The notes under the pieces: generated by a model | Databases searched by the model: none | What the model saw: the letters and a program-made list of their open reading frames with translations, nothing else | What the model was told of the DNA's origin: nothing | Shown here: in pieces, positions 57,845-64,000 of the stretch | Position numbering within the stretch: the first letter of the stretch is position 1 | Layout: each line of letters starts with the position of its first letter | Program-made: the position numbers and the translations under genes | NCBI GenBank assembly: GCA_002269645.1 | Contig: NIVC01001604.1 | Span: 62,001 to 126,000, forward strand | From: Macrostomum lignano | Taxonomy: Eukaryota | Length of the DNA: 64,000 bases | Direction of reading: 5' to 3'

Positions 57845-58350
57845 TCTACAGTGTACATTGGGGCAGGGGATTGGTGGCCTACAGTGTACATTGGGGCAGG
57901 GTGTTGGAGGCCTACAGTGTACATTGGGGCAGGGGGTTGGAGGCCTACAGTGTACATTGGGGCAGGGGGTTGGAGGCCTACAGTGTACATTGGGGCAGGG
58001 GGTTGGAGGCCTACAGTGTACATTGGGGCAGGGGGTTGGAGGCCTACAGTGTACATTGGGGCAGGAGGGTTCAAGGTCTACAGTGTACATTAGGGCAGGA
58101 GGGTTCAAGGCCTACAGTGTACATTGGGGCAGGGGGCTGGAGGTCTACAGTGTACATTAGGGCAGGGGGTTGAAGGCCTACAGTGTACATTGGGGCAGGA
58201 GGGTTCAAGGTCTACAGTGTACATTGGGGCAGGAGGGTTCAAGGTCTACAGTGTACATTGGGGCAGGAGGGTTTAATGTCTACAGTGTACATTGGGGCAG
58301 GGGGGTTGGAGGTCTACAGTGTACATTGGGCCGGGGGGTTGGAGGTCGAT
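57845..58350 (+). repeat. 33-bp G-rich minisatellite
   Basis: Unit ctacagtgtacattggggcagggggttggaggc. Confidence 0.93.
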
Positions 58351-59244
58351 AGTGTGTAGGGGGTGTGCATCTGGGGTGCGCATTGGGGAGAGGTCTGATG
58401 ACCCACAGATACAGGTTTCAAGCGAATGAGTAAAAATCACTTTTATAACTATTGACATCCGTCTTAGCCTTCTCGGAACAGACGCTAATATTTAATTAAG
58501 AACTAACAGTCATGACGTCATTCGCAATAATTTTTATCTGTTGTATTAAAAAGCACAAATAAATTAATGCATATAAATGTGAATAGAAGCTTGTCATGTC
58601 TGCATACGCAAATATGCGGGCTCACGGCTGAGAACTGGCGGAAATAATGCAGCAATTCAAACTCGATTTGATCGCAGAAGCAATGAAAAAAATTAGCCAG
58701 ATCAAATTTTGTTAGAGAAAAATTTGCCCTGTGGAGAAATGGTTTTGATTCCGCTTCCAAAAACTTCGGAAACTGGTCGCGGCTCTCTCTGCGAAAGAAG
58801 AAAAAGCTCGGAGCAGAAAAGCATAAATATTCATATATAATAATTATAATAATAACAGCAATGGTAACAATAACACTACTACAGACTCTCATCTCAAGTT
58901 CGAAACGGCAACAAGCAACAAAAGTGAACTTGGAATCTTGAACAGAAATTTAGAAAAGCAAATCAGAAGCAGTTTGTATTTGTAATAGCTAGTGGGCAGC
59001 TAGGGACAGCAAAGCCATGCATTTCAATATCAGCACTAAAAACTGTGTACAATGTACGGATCTGTACATATCGGCAGCGAATCCTTGGGTGAAATACAAA
59101 ATTTTCTTGCACTGCACAGGGAAGCAGATATTGCAGACCAGTTGGGTGGGAATCAGGGACTTCTGCCACGCCTGGACTGGAAACTAGTAGGGAGATTATT
59201 TTATTTTTTAGATTTTGCTCCTGAGACCAACTTGAACCACACCA

Positions 59245-59610
59245 CTATTGCACACCCGGGCCCTGCTACTTGCTTGCCCTACTGCACACCCGGGCCCTGC
59301 TACTTGCTTGCCCTACTGCACACCCGGGCCCTGCCACTTGCTTGCCCTACTGCACACCCGGGCCCTGCCACTTGCTTGCCCTACTGCACACCCGGGACCC
59401 CACTTGCTTGCCCTACTGCACACCCGGGCCCTGCCACTTGCTTGCCCTACTGCACACCCGGGCCCTGCTACTTGCTTGCCCTACTGCACACCCGGGACCC
59501 CACTTGCTTGCCCTACTGCACACCCGGGCCCTGCTACTTGCTTGCCCTACTGCACACCCGGGACCCCACTTGCTTGCCCTACTGCACACCCGGGCCCTGC
59601 CACTTGCTTC
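59245..59610 (+). repeat. 34-bp minisatellite downstream of the Abl stop
   Basis: Unit ctactgcacacccgggccctgctacttgcttgcc. Confidence 0.93.
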
Positions 59611-59721
59611 CCCTTGATGAACAATCGAAACCCAAGCAAAGCGCAAATTCTCCAAATATTTGGTCGAATGAATAAGTAGCTTCCAATCCAGGCAACACAG
59701 AGGTCCATGGATCGGGCGGGG

Positions 59722-62700
59722 TCACCTGTGCAATAGGCTGTACAGCTCCCCGATGGCTCCACGCAGGCTGTCCAGCTGGCTGGTCAAACTGGAGGCCGAG
59801 CCGCTGCCGCCGCGCTGCAGGGGGCCGAGCTTGAGCCCGATCGCGGTCACGTGATCCCTGATGCGGAACTTGCTGCCGGCTGCCTTCAGCGAGTCAGCGT
59901 ACGCGGAGCACAGCTGCATGGCCTGGCCGGCTCGGTCTGCCAGATCGCGCAGCTCAGCGGCCGGAGCCGAGCCCGACACCGAGGAAGCCTGCGTCAGCAG
60001 CTCCTTCACCGCCGTCTGCACCGACGCCAGCGAGGGAGGCGCCGGCGGCGGCGGAGACTCCGGCTGCTGCTGCTGGGCCGACTGCTCGGGTGTTAATGCC
60101 GAGCTGTTGCTAGGGGCAGGCGGGGGCGGCAGAGCGGCACCGGCGTTGGGGCTCCAGGACATCCGCTTGGGCAGCTCGGCCGGCTGCAGGTGCTGCTGGG
60201 ACTGCAGCGGCTTCCGCGGCACGGGAGGCGACACGCCGATTTTCAGCTTGAGCTCCTCGGTGAGGGACTGGCGGAACGGCTGCTGCTGCTGCTGCTGCTG
60301 AGTCTGCAGTTGCTGCGGCCTCCTGCGCAGCCCGATCGCTGCTGAAGGCGCACCCGCAGCTTTCGCTGGCGTTGCTGAAGGTGGCTGCGGCTTCTTCGAC
60401 AAACCCGCAGGCTCGGCGACAACCGAGGAGGCGCTCGACGCGGAGCTGGAGGATGAGCTGGACGACGAGCCCGAGGATTCTTCGTCGTCGTCGTCGCTGA
60501 AGTCCGCGGGAGCCGGCAGGGGCGTCTGAGACGCAGGCGGAGGGGGAGGTGCAGGGGGAGGCGGAGGGGAAGGCGGCGGGGGCGACAGCTCGGATGCCGG
60601 GGTGCTGGCTGAGCGCTGGTGAAGCGAAGCCTGCAGGAGCTGCTGCTGGCGATGCGGCTTGGGCTGCTGCACCGCCGACGGAGGCGGAGGCGGCGGCAGG
60701 GGCGGAGTTCGATCTGGCGTAGCCGGCGCCCCCGGAGACTGGCGGCTGCCGCTTTTCTCTGGTTGCGGGGTGGCGGTGGGGCTGGCTGCAGGTTAGGTGC
60801 ACTTTTAGCGATCAGAAAATACCCCAGCCAGCAATAATCTATTTCAGACAGCAGCTCAATGCCAGCTGGATACGGGAGACAGAATTCCTCTGTAACTAGC
60901 AATAGAACTCGAAAATTACTTAATTATCGATTTCTTACTGAGCAATTAAATACCCCAATCCTCAGCAATTAAATACCCCAATCCTCAACAATTAAATACC
61001 CCAATCCTCAGCAATTAAATACACCAATCCTCAGCAATTAAATACCCCAATCCTCAGCAATTAAATACCCCAATCCTCATATACCCCAATCCTCAGCAAT
61101 TAAATACCCCAATCCTCAGCAATTAAATACCCCAATCCTCAACAATTAAATACCCCAATCCTCAGCAATTAAATACACCAATCCTCAGCAATTAAATACC
61201 CCAATCCTCAGCAATTAAATACCCCAATCCTCATATACCCCAATCCTCAGCAATTAAATACCCCAATCCTCAGCAATTAAATACCCCAATCCTCAGCAAT
61301 TAAATACCCCAATTCTCAGCAATTAAATACCCCAATCCTCAGCAATTAAATACCCCAATCCTCAGCAATTAAATACCCCAATCCTCAGCAATTAAATACC
61401 CCAATTCTCAGCAATTAAATACCCCAATCCTCAGCAATTAAATACCCCAATCCTCAGCGATTAAATACCCCAATCCTCAGCAATTAAATACCCCAATTCT
61501 CAGCAATTAAATACCCCAATTCTCAGCAATTAAATACCCCAATCCTCAGCAATTAAATACCCCAATCCTCAGCGATTAAATACCCCAATCCTCAGCAATA
61601 CCCTCAGTTTAGCAATGGAAAGCCTCTGCCGCACACAGCAGACGCCAGCAACTCACCCTTGGCGGCCACCTGGAGCGCCTGCGGTGCCAGGATGGCGGCA
61701 CTCCTTCGCCGCACGGGCACAGAGTTACTAGAGCTGCCGGCGCCGCAGTCGCTGCCGTCACCAGGCAGAGGTCTGGCCACCGGAGCCGATGGCAGCTTTG
61801 AAGGCTGCTGCTTCTGCTGCTGCTCATTGACGGTCTCCGGGACGCTGAACCCTCTGGACAGATGAGCGCCTGAGTCAGGGGGCTGCGACTGCTGCTGCGG
61901 GGTCTCCTTGATCGGCGTGGTGCGCCGCGGCGGCGCCGGAGCCTTCCTACTTGGGACAGTAAAAGCGGCGCCAGGGCCGGCTTCGTGCATGGGGGCTGCA
62001 GGAGGCGGCGGCGGCGGTGGCGGACTTTCGGGCGCCGGCATGCCGCTGCTGCTTCTGTGGTGCTGGTGATGCCGATGACTGTCCCGCTGCTGAGGCTGCT
62101 GTTGCTGCTGTACCTGCTCCATGCTCTGACTGCGCACTGTCCTGGGCGGAGGTCGCAGCGGCACGGGAGCCGAGCCAGACGCGGGCGACATCTCTGGCAA
62201 AGTGTCGGCTGGAGAGGGCGGCACTGAAAATCATTGAATTCGGTTCGGTGTTGGGCGTGTTGGACAGAACTCAGATACAATAATGGCCTTTTGTTGAAGC
62301 TTTCGGTAAGATGACGGACGGAACAATCAAGCACTTCGCTCAAGAGACTCTAATCGTATTTATTCAATATTACACGCCTGGCTCGGAGCAACCATGACAC
62401 ACCCTGACACAAATAGTATTGACACCATGCCACAACACCCTGACCCACAACTCCCTGACCCACAACACTCTGACCCACAACTCTCTGACCCACAACACTC
62501 TGACCCACAACTCCCTGACCCACAACTCCCTGACCCACAACACCCTGACCCACAACACCCTGACCCACAACACTGACCTACAACACCCTGACCCACAACA
62601 CTGACCCACAACACCCTGACCCACAACACCCTGACCCACAACACCCTGACCCACAACACTGACCCACAACACCCTGACCCACAACACTGACCCACAACAC

Positions 62701-63394
62701 TCTGACCCACAATACCGACCCACAACACACTGACCCACAACACTGACCCACAACACCCTGCCCACAACACCCTGACCCAGAGTCCACCAACCATCTTCCA
62801 CCAGCGCATCTCGGATAGCCTTGAGGCTGGCGTACAGCTCGGCAAAGGCGGGCCGCTGGTCCGGCTCCCAGCGCCAGCAGCGCAGCATGAGCTGGTAGAC
62901 GCTGTCCGGACAGACGGGTGGCTTGTCCATCCGGTAGCCGCTCTCCAACAGCTGGTAGACTTCGGTGAGCTCAACCTTAGGATAGGGCGAGCAGCCGTAG
63001 GTGGCGATCTCCCATAGCAACACGCCAAAGGACCAGACGTCGGAGCGCGTGTCGAACTGGTTGTAGGCCAGGCCCTCGGGCGCCGTCCACTTGATGGGGA
63101 ACTTGGCGCCCTGGTGCGCCACGTAGGGGCTGTCGCGGTCCAGCAGGCGGGTGAGGCCGAAGTCCGCCACCTTCACAACGTAGCCCTCGCCAACCAGGCA
63201 GTTTCTGGCCGCCAGATCGCGGTGAACGAAGCAGTGCTGCTCCAGGTAGGCCATGCCGTTGGCAATCTGGGTGGCCATGTAAAGCAAGGTGTAGGGCGGC
63301 AGCTCCAGCCGGTGGGTACGCAAGAACTCCAGTAGGCTGCCGTGCGCCATGTACTCCGTGATGATGTAGAAGGGCGGCTCGGCGGTGCACACGC
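59722..63394 (-). CDS. ABL: Abl-family tyrosine kinase, 3' part (kinase C-terminal portion, Pro-rich region, F-actin-binding domain); 5' exons lie beyond the window end
   Basis: Exons 63394-62792, 62223-61657, 60785-59722 (phase 1 junctions). Motifs: [52 protein letters not shown] and an Abl FABD-like end [29 protein letters not shown]. Confidence 0.93.
60945..61600 (+). repeat. 23-bp minisatellite, Abl intron
   Basis: Unit cctcagcaattaaataccccaat. Confidence 0.95.
62415..62780 (+). repeat. ~14-15-bp minisatellite, Abl intron
   Basis: Core ctgacccacaacac. Confidence 0.9.
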
Positions 63395-63434
63395 CTGCGG
63401 TGCGGAAATTATTTATTTGCAGACTTTTAGCGGG

Positions 63435-63925
63435 CCTTCAGTGCGCTGCTGCCCCCCCCCCGAACTTCAGTGAGCCACTGCTGCCCCCCCCCGAACTTCA
63501 GTAAGCCGCTGCTGCCCCCCCCCCGAACTTCAGTCACCCGCTGCTGCCCCCCACCAGAACTTCAGTGACCCGCTGCTGCCCCCCAGAACTTCAGTGACCC
63601 GCTGCTGCCCCCCCCCCAGAACTTCAGTGACCCGCTGCTGCCCCCCCCCAGAACTTCAGTGACCCGCTGCTGCCCCCAGAACTTCAGTGACCCGCTGCTG
63701 CCCCCCCCTCCGAACTTCAGTGACCCGCTGCTGCCCCCCCGAACTTCAGTGAGCCGCTGCTGCCCCCCCCCCGAACTTCAGTGAGCCGCTGCTGCCCCCC
63801 CGAACTTCAGTGAGCCGCTGCTACCCCCCCCCAACTTAGGTGAGCCGCTGCTCCCTCCCCCTCCCCGACCTTCAGTGACCCGCTGCTGCCCCCCCCCGAC
63901 CTTCAGTGACCCGCTGCTCCCCCAC
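63435..63925 (+). repeat. ~29-32-bp minisatellite with a variable C-run, Abl intron
   Basis: Core gaacttcagtgacccgctgctg(c)n. Confidence 0.9.
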
Positions 63926-64000
63926 AGACTCGTTTCTCTAATCTCTAAATTGATTTTATCTGTCTGAAAGTTTATTTGAAAAAACTACGAGCACTCTTTG

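Noticed and set aside
58518-58892. 124-aa ORF with an N-terminal Ile run resembling a type II membrane protein
   Set aside because: The hydrophobic run comes from an ATT/ATA-rich stretch that is hydrophobic on both strands, and there is no recognisable domain.
62370-62791. Extended C-terminus of the 340-aa kinase ORF (GQGVV repeats)
   Set aside because: It is read-through past the donor at 62791 into an intronic repeat.

Overview
This is a gene-dense window of an intron-rich animal genome. GC-rich exons with poly-Ala/Gln runs, a tandem array in most introns and long (GACA)n tracts suggest a free-living flatworm such as Macrostomum; that is an inference from style, not proof. By manual splicing I reconstruct nine genes: EEF1D (+, 5 exons), a CCDC170-like coiled-coil gene (-, 7 exons), an orphan 91-aa two-TM microprotein (-, 2 exons), an orphan 134-aa protein (+), a MYPT/PPP1R12 myosin phosphatase subunit (-, 10 exons including a 30-nt microexon), HGH1 (+), a highly divergent Rel/NF-kB-family transcription factor (-, 7 exons, ~407 aa, mostly invisible in the ORF track), mitochondrial IF2 (-, 6 exons) and the 3' part of an Abl kinase (-). 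The window also holds a Penelope-like retroelement fragment, a Mutator-like MITE with a 9-bp TSD and ~38 tandem arrays, several of which form related families. The main finding is the divergent Rel gene, which has an altered DNA-contact loop, a CCAAT-box minisatellite just upstream and a kB-site minisatellite ~2 kb upstream. Most long ORFs in the supplied track are repeat artefacts.
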